Assembly: GCF_964063325.1 (NCBI RefSeq)
Contig: NZ_OZ061315.1
Location: 3,950,532-3,974,531 of the forward strand
Length of the DNA stretch: 24,000 nt
Source: Hafnia alvei
GTDB taxonomy: Bacteria > Pseudomonadota > Gammaproteobacteria > Enterobacterales > Enterobacteriaceae
Direction: 5' to 3'
Part shown: piece after piece, positions 16,962 to 24,000 of the stretch
How the letters are laid out: each line of letters begins with the position of its first letter
How positions within the stretch are numbered: position 1 is the first letter of the stretch
The notes under the pieces: generated by a model
Seen by the model: only the letters and a program-made list of their open reading frames with translations
Told to the model about the DNA's origin: nothing
The model's database searches: none
Made by a program: the position numbers and the translations under genes

Positions 16962-18146
16962 TTATGAATTCTCGACCGCCGCTCGGCGTGGCAGCACGCG
17001 ACTCAAAAGCATATATCCCACAACAGCCGACGCAGTAGACCCCAGCAAAATGCCTAATCTTGAATACGTTGCCAGCTCTGGCGCTCCACCAGCAAACGCC
17101 AACGAAGCAATAAAGATAGACATCGTAAAGCCGATACCACACAGCACCGAAACGGCAAAAATATGCTGGAAGTTAATGTTCTCTGGTAAACGAGCCACGC
17201 CCATTTTTACCGCCACCCAGCTAAACAGGAAGATCCCAAGCGGCTTCCCAATAAACAGGCCCAGCATAATTCCGGAAGGCAGAATGCCCGTCAGATTTTC
17301 CAACGAAACACCCTGTAGAGATACGCCAGCATTCACAAAAGCGAACAATGGCAGAATCAAATACGCCACCCACGGATGCAGGCTGTGCTCTAATTTTTCA
17401 GCCGGGCGCTTACCGTTTTTCGCTTTAATCGGCAGCATAAAGCCAACAATAACGCCGGCCAAGGTGGCATGAACGCCTGATTTTAAAATCGCAGTCCACA
17501 GCACCGCACCGACCAGCAGGTAGACCGAGGTTTTGCCAACGCCGCGCCAGTTAAGATATCCCAGCACCGCAATGGATGCTGCGGCAACCCCCAAAGCAGG
17601 CAGAGAAACCTCATGGGTATAAAACAGCGCGATAATAACGATAACGCCTAAGTCATCGATAATGGCCAACGCCAGCAGAAACACCTTCAAGCTGGTTGGA
17701 ACGCGATTCCCCAGCAAAGCCATAACGCCTAAAGCAAAAGCAATGTCCGTTGCCGCAGGAATTGCCCAGCCTTGGCTCGTCACAGGATCGGCATGGTTAA
17801 ACGCGAGATAAATCAACGCGGGTGCAAACATTCCGCCTAACGCGGCAATAGCTGGGAAAATAGCTTGCTCGCGGCTGGCAAGAGAACCGCACATCAGTTC
17901 ACGCTTAACCTCTAGCCCTACCACTAAAAAGAATACCGCCATCAGGCCATCGTTCACCCATAGCAGCAGAGTTTTATTGATATCCAACGCCATAAAACGG
18001 AACTGAACCGGTGAGTTTAAGAACTGCTGATAGAGATCGTGCAGTGGGCTGTTTGCCAATACTAAAGCCACAATTGCGGCCATGATGAGAATAATACCGC
18101 CAGCGGCCTCAAGGCGCAGAAACTGGCGGATTGCACGGGTTACCAT
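16962..18146 (-). CDS. nhaA: Na+/H+ antiporter NhaA, 394 aa
   Basis: GGIILI.AA...[23 protein letters not shown]...[15 protein letters not shown]...AIIDDLG is collinear with E. coli NhaA. The ATG at 18146 is preferred over the GTG at 18173, because the AAGGAG/GAGAG SD-like sequences lie inside that 9-codon extension. Confidence 0.92.
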   Translation of the reverse strand: MVTRAIRQFLRLEAAGGIILIMAAIVALVLANSPLHDLYQQFLNSPVQFRFMALDINKTLLLWVNDGLMAVFFLVVGLEVKRELMCGSLASREQAIFPAIAALGGMFAPALIYLAFNHADPVTSQGWAIPAATDIAFALGVMALLGNRVPTSLKVFLLALAIIDDLGVIVIIALFYTHEVSLPALGVAAASIAVLGYLNWRGVGKTSVYLLVGAVLWTAILKSGVHATLAGVIVGFMLPIKAKNGKRPAEKLEHSLHPWVAYLILPLFAFVNAGVSLQGVSLENLTGILPSGIMLGLFIGKPLGIFLFSWVAVKMGVARLPENINFQHIFAVSVLCGIGFTMSIFIASLAFAGGAPELATYSRLGILLGSTASAVVGYMLLSRVLPRRAAVENS

Positions 18147-18308
18147 AGTCACTCTCAGAAACTCCTTACACACATTCGTTAATAATGGGCGAGAGAACGA
18201 ATTAATGCAGTTAGTTTACGGATTACTTTATTTCGGCAAAAGTAGTTTATAAGCGCTATTAACGTAGGAAAAACCGAGTTATTTATGAGTTTCGTCACAC
18301 AATAATGT

Positions 18309-18341
18309 AAAAAAATCCCCACGTATTAGGCGGGGATTTTT
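18309..18341 (-). terminator. rho-independent terminator of dnaKJ operon
   Basis: On the minus strand: AAAAATCCCC, loop, GGGGATTTTT, running into TTTTTTT (plus-strand A-run 18309-18315). It lies about 30 nt downstream of the dnaJ stop. Confidence 0.7.
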
Positions 18342-18368
18342 ATTAACTGCTTATTTTAAAAGAAAATC

Positions 18369-19502
18369 TTAACGGGTTAAATCGTCGAAGAATTTCTTTA
18401 CACCGTCGAGGAAACTTTTAGATCGCGGGCTGTTATTCGCGCTCGAAGAATCACCGAAGCTTTCTTCCAGTTCGCGCAGCAGCTGTTTCTGTTTCTCGTT
18501 CAGGTTAACCGGTGTTTCAACCACAACGCGGCACAGCAGGTCGCCCTGACTTCCACCACGTACAGTTTTAACGCCTTTGCCCCGCATACGGAACATCTTG
18601 CCGGTCTGAGTTTCAGCAGGGATTTTCAGCTTAACGCGACCATCCAGCGTTGGAACTTCAATCTCACCGCCAAGTGCAGCCATCGCAAAGTTGATTGGTA
18701 CTTCACAGAACAGATTATTATCTTCACGTTCGAAGATTGGGTGCGCTTTAACCTGAACCTGTACGTACAAATCACCCGCTGGAGCGCCATGCTCACCGGC
18801 TTCACCTTCGCCGCTTAAACGGATACGATCACCGGTATCAACGCCCGCAGGAATTTTCACCGACAGCGTTTTAGATTTCTCTACGCGGCCATGTCCATGA
18901 CATTTGTTGCATGGGTCTTTGATAATCTGACCACGGCCGTGACAGTGTGGACACGGCTGTTGCACGGTAAAGAAGCCCTGACGCATCTGTACCTGACCTG
19001 CACCATGACAGGTCGGACAAGTGACAGGCTCAGTGCCTTTTTTCGCGCCGCTGCCGTGACAAACTTCGCACTCAACCAAGGTTGGAATGCGAATTTCTTT
19101 GGTCACACCGCGCACCGCCTCTTCCAGCGTCAGCTCCATGTTATAACGGAGATCTGCACCACGGGTCGCACGCTGACGGCGACCGCCGCCGAAGATGTCG
19201 CCGAACACGTCACCAAAGATGTCGCTGAAGTCTGCACCGCCGCCGCCATATCCGCCGCCACCGCCGCCCATGCCACCTTGCTCGAAGGCTGCATGACCAT
19301 ATTGATCGTAGGCTGCACGTTTCTGCGCGTCGGTTAAGATTTCGTAGGCTTCTTTAACCTCTTTAAACTTTTCTTCAGCGTCTTTTTCCTGATTGCGGTC
19401 AGGGTGAAACTTCATCGCTAGGCGCTTATAAGCCTTTTTGATTTCGCGCTCTTCCGCGTCGCGGGATACGCCCAAAACCTCGTAATAGTCTCTTTTCGCC
19501 AT
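18369..19502 (-). CDS. dnaJ: Hsp40 co-chaperone DnaJ, 377 aa
   Basis: J domain with HPD (KFHPDRN), a Gly/Phe-rich linker, and four CxxCxGxG zinc-finger repeats. Its position downstream of dnaK is conserved. Confidence 0.97.
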   Translation of the reverse strand: MAKRDYYEVLGVSRDAEEREIKKAYKRLAMKFHPDRNQEKDAEEKFKEVKEAYEILTDAQKRAAYDQYGHAAFEQGGMGGGGGGYGGGGADFSDIFGDVFGDIFGGGRRQRATRGADLRYNMELTLEEAVRGVTKEIRIPTLVECEVCHGSGAKKGTEPVTCPTCHGAGQVQMRQGFFTVQQPCPHCHGRGQIIKDPCNKCHGHGRVEKSKTLSVKIPAGVDTGDRIRLSGEGEAGEHGAPAGDLYVQVQVKAHPIFEREDNNLFCEVPINFAMAALGGEIEVPTLDGRVKLKIPAETQTGKMFRMRGKGVKTVRGGSQGDLLCRVVVETPVNLNEKQKQLLRELEESFGDSSSANNSPRSKSFLDGVKKFFDDLTR

Positions 19503-19527
19503 TTTCTATCCTGCCCTTAACATAACT

Positions 19528-19559
19528 GCACGGGCGTTGAGTTTCCTCGACGCCCGTGC
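19528..19559 (-). other. stable intercistronic stem-loop between dnaK and dnaJ
   Basis: GCACGGGCGT (19528-19537) pairs with ACGCCCGTGC (19550-19559). The stem extends by 3 more pairs (one G.U) around a 6-nt loop. No T-tract follows on the transcribed strand. Confidence 0.5.
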
Positions 19560-19623
19560 CGGTTAATAGTAACGACGCTTAATGGTTAACCACTACCGTC
19601 TTTACCTAGCCCGCTAAGGGCGA

Positions 19624-21534
19624 TTATTTTTTATCTTTCACTTCTTCGAATTCAGCATCTACCACGTCGTCATCTTTCTGAGCGCTGGTATCTGCCTGCT
19701 GAGCACCACCGGCCTGAGCCTGCTGCTGAGCCATTTCTAACAGTTTGCTTGAAGCCTGAACCAGAGTCTGGATTTTCGCTTCGATGTCAGCTTTATCTTC
19801 GCCTTTCGCTGCAGTATCCAGCTCAGCCAAAGCAGCTTCGATCGCAGTTTTGTCTTCTGCTGGCAGTTTATCGCCCGCTTCTTCCAACTGTTTGCGAGTA
19901 CCGTGAACCAGCTGATCGGCTTGGTTACGAGTCTGTACCAGCTCTTCAAACTTACGGTCAGCTTCAGCGTTAGCTTCGGCATCACGAACCATTTTCTGGA
20001 TTTCTTCTTCGTTCAGACCAGAAGAAGCCTTGATGGTGATCTTCTGCTCTTTACCGCTGTTTTTGTCTTTAGCAGACACGTGCAGGATACCGTCGGCATC
20101 GATGTCGAAGGTGACTTCGATCTGCGGCATACCGCGTGGTGCAGGCTGGATACCATCTAGGTTGAACTGACCCAGAGATTTGTTATCCGCAGCACGCTTA
20201 CGCTCACCCTGAATGACGTGAATAGTCACGGCAGACTGGTTGTCTTCAGCGGTTGAGAACACTTGGCTGTGCTTAGTTGGGATCGTGGTGTTCTTCGAAA
20301 TCAGTGAAGTCATCACGCCGCCCATGGTTTCGATACCCAGAGACAGAGGGGTAACGTCCAGCAGCAGAACGTCTTTCACTTCACCGGTCAATACACCGCC
20401 CTGAACCGCAGCACCGATAGCCACTGCTTCGTCTGGGTTAACGTCTTTACGTGGTTCTTTACCGAAGAAATCAGCAACTTTCTTCTGAACCATAGGCATA
20501 CGAGTCTGACCACCAACCAGGATAACGTCCTGTACGTCAGAAACAGACAGGCCTGCGTCTTTCAGAGCCACTTTCAGTGGTTCCATAGAACGGTTAACCA
20601 GATCTTCAACCAGTGATTCCAGTTTTGCACGGGTCACTTTGATGTTCATGTGTTTTGGACCAGACGCATCTGCAGTGATGTACGGCAGGTTAACGTCGGT
20701 CTGCTGAGCAGAAGACAGCTCAATTTTCGCTTTTTCAGCAGCTTCTTTCAGACGCTGCATCGCCAGCGGATCATTGCGCAGATCCATGCCCTGTTCTTTC
20801 TTGAATTCGTCAACCAGATAGTTGATCAGACGGCTGTCGAAGTCTTCACCACCCAGATGGGTATCACCGTTGGTTGCCAGAACTTCGAAGGTTTTTTCAC
20901 CGTCAACTTCGTCGATCTCAATGATAGAGATATCGAAAGTACCACCACCCAAGTCGTAAACGGCAATAGTGCGGTTGCCGACTTCTTTATCCAAACCGTA
21001 TGCCAAAGCAGCAGCGGTTGGTTCGTTGATGATACGTTTTACTTCCAGACCTGCGATACGGCCAGCATCTTTCGTTGCCTGACGCTGAGCATCGTTGAAG
21101 TATGCAGGAACGGTAATAACCGCTTCGGTTACTGGCTCACCCAAGAAGTCTTCTGCTGTTTTCTTCATTTTTTTCAGAACTTCAGCAGAAATCTGTGGTG
21201 GAGCAATTTTCTGACCTTTAACTTCGACCCATGCGTCGCCGTTGTCAGCGCCCACGATACCGAAAGGCATGATGCCTTTATCGCGCTGAACTTCTTCGTC
21301 TTGGAAACGACGACCAATCAAACGCTTGATCGCAAACAAAGTGTTTTGCGGGTTAGTCACAGCCTGACGTTTTGCTGGCTGACCAACCAGAATTTCGCCG
21401 TCCTGAGTATAAGCAATAATAGAAGGAGTGGTGCGGTCGCCCTCGGCGTTCTCCAGCACACGTGCGGTAGTTCCATCCATTACAGCTACACAAGAGTTAG
21501 TTGTACCCAGGTCGATACCAATAATTTTGCCCAT
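19624..21534 (-). CDS. dnaK: Hsp70 chaperone DnaK, 636 aa
   Basis: [21 protein letters not shown]...DLGGGTFD...[11 protein letters not shown] is near-identical to E. coli DnaK. Confidence 0.98.
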   Translation of the reverse strand: MGKIIGIDLGTTNSCVAVMDGTTARVLENAEGDRTTPSIIAYTQDGEILVGQPAKRQAVTNPQNTLFAIKRLIGRRFQDEEVQRDKGIMPFGIVGADNGDAWVEVKGQKIAPPQISAEVLKKMKKTAEDFLGEPVTEAVITVPAYFNDAQRQATKDAGRIAGLEVKRIINEPTAAALAYGLDKEVGNRTIAVYDLGGGTFDISIIEIDEVDGEKTFEVLATNGDTHLGGEDFDSRLINYLVDEFKKEQGMDLRNDPLAMQRLKEAAEKAKIELSSAQQTDVNLPYITADASGPKHMNIKVTRAKLESLVEDLVNRSMEPLKVALKDAGLSVSDVQDVILVGGQTRMPMVQKKVADFFGKEPRKDVNPDEAVAIGAAVQGGVLTGEVKDVLLLDVTPLSLGIETMGGVMTSLISKNTTIPTKHSQVFSTAEDNQSAVTIHVIQGERKRAADNKSLGQFNLDGIQPAPRGMPQIEVTFDIDADGILHVSAKDKNSGKEQKITIKASSGLNEEEIQKMVRDAEANAEADRKFEELVQTRNQADQLVHGTRKQLEEAGDKLPAEDKTAIEAALAELDTAAKGEDKADIEAKIQTLVQASSKLLEMAQQQAQAGGAQQADTSAQKDDDVVDAEFEEVKDKK

Positions 21535-21580
21535 CGAACATCTCCACTAAGAATTTTGTTATTAATCTCGTTGCTACCGT

Positions 21581-21608
21581 AGGTGGGGGCGATATTTTGC
21601 TTTTCAAC
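21581..21608 (-). promoter_or_regulatory. sigma32 heat-shock promoter, dnaK P2-like
   Basis: Minus strand reads GGTTGAAAAGCAAAATATCGCCCCCACCTA: TTGAAA, 13 nt, CCCCACCT. The sigma32 consensus is CTTGAA-N13-14-CCCCATnT. It sits about 45 nt upstream of the dnaK ATG. Confidence 0.6.
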
Positions 21609-21711
21609 CGCCTTTTTTTCTACCTACTCCCTAAATCATTCAAGTTGCGGCCAAGGCTCATACAGCTTGAATTAAAACAGGGTTACTCGGTAACCAACTG
21701 CGTTGTAAGTA

Positions 21712-21747
21712 AGATGGGGTCGCTCAAGCGGACAACAAGGGGGGAGA
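21712..21747 (-). promoter_or_regulatory. sigma32 heat-shock promoter, dnaK P1-like
   Basis: Minus strand reads TCTCCCCCCTTGTTGTCCGCTTGAGCGACCCCATCT: CCCTTGTT, 14 nt, CCCCATCT. It closely resembles E. coli dnaK P1 (TCTCCCCCTTGATG...GACCCCATTT, from memory). An A/T-rich tract upstream (21748-21770) could serve as an UP element. Confidence 0.7.
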
Positions 21748-21982
21748 TTAAAAAAAATATGATTTTTTAACCTACAAGATCATTGTTTATGTTCCAACTC
21801 CTCATTATTATGCCGCGCGCTCGATCGTTGAAAACAGCCACAATGCCATAACCCATTGTGTTCTCGAGCACGTACCAATGAATTTCCATGCTTAATTAAT
21901 TGACGCTGAATATATAAATATCAACATCAATTTCATTGGATTATTTGTTTCTACATTAAACTTCTCTTATTACAGAGGCTCT

Positions 21983-22582
21983 ATGCACACCAACAAGTTG
22001 GCGAATCCCGGTCCTTTAGGCCTGATGGGCTTCGGGATGACCACCGTCTTGCTGAACCTGCACAACGCAGGCTTTTTCCCTCTAACTTCCGTGATTATCT
22101 CTATGGGGATTTTCTTTGGAGGGTTTGCTCAGATCTTAGCTGGGCTGCTTGAGTACAAAAAAGGCAATACTTTCGGTTTAACCGCATTCACGTCCTATGG
22201 CGCTTTCTGGCTGTCTTTGGTCGGTATTCTGGTATTGCCAAAAATGGGTCTGGCCGATGCCAGCGATGCAAGCTTCCTCGGCACCTATCTGGCGCTGTGG
22301 GGCATCTTCACCCTGTTTATGTTCTGCGGCACTTTGGGTGCTAACCGCGTTCTGCAATTCGTATTTGCGAGCCTGACCGTGCTGTTCTTCCTGTTGGCCT
22401 ACGGCAACATCACCGGCAACGCAGCGGTTCTGCATTTTGCTGGTTTTGAAGGCATCGTTTGTGGCGCAAGCGCAATCTACTTAGCCATGGCTGAAGTGAT
22501 CAACGAACAGGCTGGACGCACCGTGCTACCAATCGGCGAATGCAAATGCCCGAAAGCCAACGCACATCCTGCTGAGCTGTAA
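21983..22582 (+). CDS. satP: acetate/succinate-proton symporter, GPR1/FUN34/YaaH family, 199 aa
   Basis: [22 protein letters not shown]...[20 protein letters not shown]...[22 protein letters not shown] is collinear with E. coli SatP (YaaH). It is divergent from dnaK, as in E. coli. The C-terminus is about 11 aa longer. Confidence 0.9.
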   Translation: MHTNKLANPGPLGLMGFGMTTVLLNLHNAGFFPLTSVIISMGIFFGGFAQILAGLLEYKKGNTFGLTAFTSYGAFWLSLVGILVLPKMGLADASDASFLGTYLALWGIFTLFMFCGTLGANRVLQFVFASLTVLFFLLAYGNITGNAAVLHFAGFEGIVCGASAIYLAMAEVINEQAGRTVLPIGECKCPKANAHPAEL

Positions 22583-22621
22583 TCTTCAGCGCGTTTCTTG
22601 ATATAAAGAACGCGAGAAAAC

Positions 22622-22655
22622 AAAAAGCCCCGTAATGAATACGGGGCTTTTTTTT
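22622..22655. terminator. bidirectional rho-independent terminator between convergent satP and nanT
   Basis: AAAAA-GCCCCGTA (22627-22634), loop ATGAA, TACGGGGC (22640-22647), then TTTTTTTT (22648-22655). Confidence 0.8.
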
Positions 22656-22676
22656 ATCATCATGATTTATATGAAA

Positions 22677-24000
22677 TTACTTATGCGGAACCGGCACAGC
22701 TAAAACTTTCTTTGCCGTACGCCCAATAGCACCGCTAAACGGCTTTCCATCAATCGTATCATGCGTTCTTATTCCTTCCGGCTTAATCCAGCGCTGCACG
22801 CGCGATGGCATATCCAAACCAATCAGCAGAATAACGACAAAGGTCAGGCTAAAGGAAAGCGAAGCCAGCGCTGTACCCAGATCCAAACGCTGAGCTATCG
22901 TTGCGCCAAGAATCGGTGCTAAAGCTCCGCCTAGTGCCCCAACGTTATAGGTAAAACCAAGCCCCGCCGCGCGCTGTTCAGTATCAAAATATCCACCAAT
23001 CAGCTTAGGCAAAATCCCAGAAATCCCCTGCCCTAACATTTGTTGTAGGAACAACAGAATGCCCAGCGTCCACAAACTTCCGCCACCGATAGCAAATACC
23101 GGGATAATTAAAAGCTGGGAAAGCAGCAAACTGTAGACATAGGCTTTACGCGTCCCCAACCAATCACCGAGAAAACCACCGACACAACAGCCAACCGCTG
23201 CACCAAATCCGCTAAAGAACAGGATATGCGCCACGGTGGATGGGTCATATAACAGCTCAGTTTTTAAATAGGTTGGCAGCAGTGCCTGAATCGGCCATGA
23301 GTAAAGGAAGGCAAACAACACGACCACCATGAGCATCACGCCCGTTGGCCAACGATTGCCGCTGCTTTGCACCATAAAACTGATAAAGATAGCCGCGCAA
23401 ATCAAACCAAGTACCGTGATAATAAATGGATTACCAATATCTCCGGTAAAACATAAATAGAGCGCTAACGATGCAGTAACGGTCATCATGACGTTCAGCA
23501 CTTTGCGCGGGCCACGGTATAAAATATCCACCATGGTTTTCACTGGTTGTTTATCACCAAATTTCTTTTCCCAATCTTCAGCTTCAGGAATATTTTTACG
23601 CAGCCAAAGCGCAAAGATAATCGGTAAAATACCTATAAAGAACAGCGCACGCCAACCCCATTCAGGTACAACCACACTATATACTTGCGCTGAAATAACG
23701 GCCCCGATGGAAAACCCTGAGATCAAAAAGCCGCTGGCTTTATTACGCAAATGTTTTGGCCAACTCTCGATCACATAGGTTGCGCTAGAACCATATTCGC
23801 CCGCCATGCCCATGCCAATCATGAGTCGAGCAATAAACATGGTGGTGAAACCGGGAGCAAAACCACAGGCTAATGTGCCTACGGAAAATAAAACGATGCT
23901 GGTGATCATCGCTAATTTTCGTCCGTAGCGATCGCCCATGGCACCTAATAATAACCCGCCAAACCATCGGGATATAAAAGCGGCTGAAATAAGGCTTGCC
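22677..24000 (-). CDS. nanT: sialic acid (N-acetylneuraminate) MFS transporter NanT-like, 5'-truncated by the window edge
   Basis: The reading frame stays open upstream of the listed Met to position 23999 (...[28 protein letters not shown]...). It matches E. coli NanT nearly residue for residue through [34 protein letters not shown] and [16 protein letters not shown]. The N-terminal ~60-70 aa lie outside the window. Confidence 0.9.
   Translation of the reverse strand, partial: ASLISAAFISRWFGGLLLGAMGDRYGRKLAMITSIVLFSVGTLACGFAPGFTTMFIARLMIGMGMAGEYGSSATYVIESWPKHLRNKASGFLISGFSIGAVISAQVYSVVVPEWGWRALFFIGILPIIFALWLRKNIPEAEDWEKKFGDKQPVKTMVDILYRGPRKVLNVMMTVTASLALYLCFTGDIGNPFIITVLGLICAAIFISFMVQSSGNRWPTGVMLMVVVLFAFLYSWPIQALLPTYLKTELLYDPSTVAHILFFSGFGAAVGCCVGGFLGDWLGTRKAYVYSLLLSQLLIIPVFAIGGGSLWTLGILLFLQQMLGQGISGILPKLIGGYFDTEQRAAGLGFTYNVGALGGALAPILGATIAQRLDLGTALASLSFSLTFVVILLIGLDMPSRVQRWIKPEGIRTHDTIDGKPFSGAIGRTAKKVLAVPVPHK

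Noticed and set aside
18147-18173. GTG start at 18173 for nhaA (MCKEFLRVT...)
   Set aside because: The nine extra codons contain the AAGGAG/GAGAG SD-like sequences, so they read better as 5'-UTR. The ATG at 18146 gives an N-terminus comparable to E. coli NhaA.
18205-18252. 15-codon hydrophobic mini-ORF ([15 protein letters not shown]) where E. coli has hok/sok
   Set aside because: It is too short, has no hok-like Cys pattern or mok/sok architecture, and lies within the likely nhaA promoter or UTR. It is not supportable from sequence alone.
19180-19282. GGC/GCC-rich tandem-like repeats
   Set aside because: They encode the Gly/Phe-rich linker of DnaJ ([32 protein letters not shown]). This is not a non-coding repeat or a CRISPR-like element.
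20650-21582. 310-aa ORF antisense to dnaK
   Set aside because: It lies entirely inside dnaK and runs past the dnaK start into its promoter. Its composition is odd (Phe/Val/Gln/Thr-rich, mirroring dnaK codons). Long antisense ORFs opposite Hsp70 genes are a known by-product of codon bias. It has no SD or promoter.
23937-23939. Met at 23939 as the nanT start codon
   Set aside because: The frame stays open to the window edge, and the upstream residues ([19 protein letters not shown]) match internal NanT sequence. The gene is truncated by the window rather than starting here.
1-24000. CRISPR arrays, tRNA/rRNA genes, IS elements, integrases, prophage or defence-system genes
   Set aside because: None found. 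Every ORF of 140 aa or more that is not nested antisense is accounted for by a recognisable metabolic, transport or housekeeping family. The intergenic regions contain no spaced direct-repeat arrays or terminal inverted repeats.

Overview
This window looks like a chromosomal segment from an Enterobacterales genome; the proteins are close to E. coli orthologues I recall from memory, but not identical. About 60% of it (9.2-22.6 kb) is the conserved housekeeping block ispH-fkpB-lspA-ileS-ribF / rpsT / nhaR-nhaA / dnaJ-dnaK / satP. Gene order matches E. coli, but the block is read here mostly on the minus strand. Recognisable tandem sigma32 heat-shock promoters sit upstream of dnaK, and clean rho-independent terminators follow several genes. 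The left 9 kb is accessory, all on the plus strand. It holds a three-subunit molybdenum hydroxylase operon of the xdhABC type (437-4076). After 167 bp comes a four-gene fructose-family PTS cluster matching the cryptic frvABXR operon: EIIA, EIIBC, an M42 metallopeptidase and a large PRD/EIIA-type regulator (4244-9076). The right edge carries a 5'-truncated nanT-like sialic acid MFS transporter. I found no CRISPR array, tRNA/rRNA, IS element, integrase, toxin-antitoxin pair or recognisable defence gene. The only candidate for an undescribed system is the xdhABC-frvABXR block. Its substrate is unknown, its base composition is mosaic, and these two operons are not neighbours in E. coli. That idea rests on adjacency alone. 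All other findings are modest regulatory or structural observations. All comparisons to E. coli are from memory, not from a search.
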